A stretch of DNA of 64,000 bases from Prorocentrum cordatum. Lineage: Eukaryota. The translations under genes were made by a program, and so were the position numbers. The stretch is from positions 372,001 through 436,000 of the forward strand of contig CAUYUJ010000214.1 of NCBI GenBank assembly GCA_963575745.1. Direction: 5' to 3'. Below are positions 61,894 to 64,000 of the stretch, piece after piece. The notes below the pieces were generated by a model that did not search any database, was not told where the DNA came from, and worked only from the letters and a program-made list of their open reading frames with translations. How positions within the stretch are numbered: the stretch's first letter is position 1; the number at the start of each line of letters is the position of its first letter.

Positions 61894-62566
61894 AGTGTGT
61901 GTGTGTGTGTGTCCTACGGCCCCTTCAAACAGCAGAGCAACAGCAGCAGGCAGCGTCCGTCCAGCTCCTGCGCCTCGAGGCGCCGGGCATGCCGCCGGGA
62001 GCGCCTCGGCCCGCCGGCCCCCCGAGGCGAGGCGGCGACGGCCAGAGGTCTCCAGCCAGAGGCCGGCCGGCCACCAGCGGGGGGAGCTGTGGTGTCCTTG
62101 CCCCCCCCCGGGGGACTCCTCGATTTCGACGCCCCTCTCAGGAGCTCGTCGAGGCGATGGGCTCCCCCACGGGGGGGGCCAGGCGATGGGCTCCCCCACG
62201 GGGGGGGCGAGTCAATTTTTTCGAGCTGGGCGTTTTCGCCTTTTTTCGGGCCCCGGGGCCCTCACAGCTCGATCCGGCTCGAAAAAGGACGCAGAAAGAT
62301 GGGGTCTGGGGCTCTGGGCGCGGACTTTCCCGGTGCTGCCATTGTTTCGCTACGTCGGATCTCAGGGGAGTTGTGGTCCCTTGCCCCCCCCGGGGGGCCC
62401 CTCGATTTCGGCGCCCCTCTCGGGAGCTCGTCGAGGCGATGGGCTCCCCCGCGGGGGGGGCAAGGGCCATCAGTTCCCCCAGCTGTGGCTGGTCGGAGAG
62501 GCCCCCAGAGAGAGGGCCGAGGACGCCGCCCGCCGCCGTCGCCATCATCTGCGTCGTGGTCGTCCG

Positions 62567-62567
<1 letters not shown>

Positions 62568-62627
<60 letters not shown>

Positions 62628-62645
62628 GAGCACCATCACCATCAC

Positions 62646-62701
<56 letters not shown>

Positions 62702-62708
62702 CCACCAC

Positions 62709-62780
<72 letters not shown>

Positions 62781-62842
62781 CATCCTCATCCTCATCATCA
62801 TCCTCATCCTCATCCGCATCATCATCATCATCAGCAACATCG

Positions 62843-62877
<35 letters not shown>

Positions 62878-63540
62878 GTAGTCAGTGTTATCATCATCAT
62901 CATAATCATCATCACCATAATCGTCATCATCATCATCATCGTCATCATCTGAATCATTAGCATTATCCGTATCATCAGCATCGATCTCATGCTCGTCATG
63001 CTCGCCATCACCATCACCACGATCAGCATCATCATCATCATCGTCGTCATCGTCATCATCATCAGTATGATCACCATCATCATCAGTAGCATCGGCATCA
63101 TCATCATCATCATCATCATCGTAGTCAGTATCATCAGCATCATCAGCATCATCATCATCACCATCATCGTCATCTTCATCTGCATCATTAGCATTCTCAG
63201 TATCATCAGCATCGATTTTTATCCTCGTCATGCTCGTCATCACCATCATCACCACGATCCACATCATCATCATCGTCATCATTATCAGGATCATGATAAT
63301 CATCATCATCAGCAGTATCACCATCATCATAATATCCATCAACATCATCATCATCAGCAACAACAGCATCATCATTGTCATTAGCATTAGCACCGTCATC
63401 CTTATACTCATCCAAGCCTCTTCCTCATCATCAACATCATCATCATCACATTCATGATCATCATCACCACCATCATCACCATCGTCATCATCATACCATC
63501 ATCATCGTCATCATCAGCAGCATCATCAGCACCATCATCA
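62568..63540. repeat. (CGT)n followed by degenerate (CAT)n microsatellite with ~240-bp internal duplication
   Basis: Directly visible; CATTAGCATT.TC.GTATCATCAGCATCGAT recurs at ~62955 and ~63186. Confidence 0.93.
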
Positions 63541-64000
63541 ACTTTCTTCGTCACTCGTCGTCGCCCGTCGTCGCCGTCATCATATGCCTGGTCGTCGCTG
63601 GTCGTTGTCGGTTGTCGTCGGTCGTCCTCGTTCGTTGTCGTCGGTCAACCGTCGTCGCTTGTCGTCGTTCGTCGTCCGCCGTCCGTCGTCCTCGTCGTCG
63701 TCGGTCGTCTTCGTCGTCCTCGTCGTTCGTCGTCCGCCGTCGTCGTCCACCACCGTCCATCGTCGCCGCCTCCCGTTACCCTTCCTCGTCGTCGTCGTTC
63801 GTCGTCGGCCGGTCGTCGTCGGTTCTCGTCGTCGTTCGTCGTCGGCCGTCGCCCGTCGCCAGCGGCGGCGGCGGCGAGCCGCCCTCCGCCGCGGCGGCCG
63901 CGCCAGGCGAGCCCGCGGCCCCTGCGGCTGGCAGCGCCGACGGCGGCGGGGGCTCGGCGGCTGGCAGCCCGCGGCCCCCGGGCTTCTCGCCGGCGTCGGG

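Overview
Eukaryotic, GC-rich, repeat-saturated DNA, almost certainly from a dinoflagellate. A 21/22 match to the dinoflagellate spliced leader (DinoSL) lies at 34276-34297 on the minus strand; a Prorocentrum-like source is only an inference. Most long ORFs in the track are artefacts of (GAG)n/(CCT)n, (GAT)n, (CTA)n, (GCC)n and (CA)n microsatellites and of 11-80 bp satellites. Supportable coding content: (1) a near-complete APE+RT+zinc-finger LINE (~1400-6520) with a second ORF lying 3' of pol and overlapping it; (2) a 5'-truncated RT+RNase H LINE (~20850-24075) embedded in (GAG)n; (3) RNase H and RT remnants; (4) a GT32-like glycosyltransferase segment; (5) an SL-capped, poly(A)-tailed retroposed unit with stacked SL relics (32889-34297); (6) an SL-relic pseudokinase gene (43447-45137); and (7) a decayed tyrosine-recombinase element (~55970-57840). 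The best-supported striking observation is that the single intron of the pseudokinase gene is a 204-bp palindromic MITE. Its 5-bp target-site duplication and terminal CA create both splice sites (an Introner), and a second 204-bp copy with its own 5-bp TSD sits at 8873-9076.
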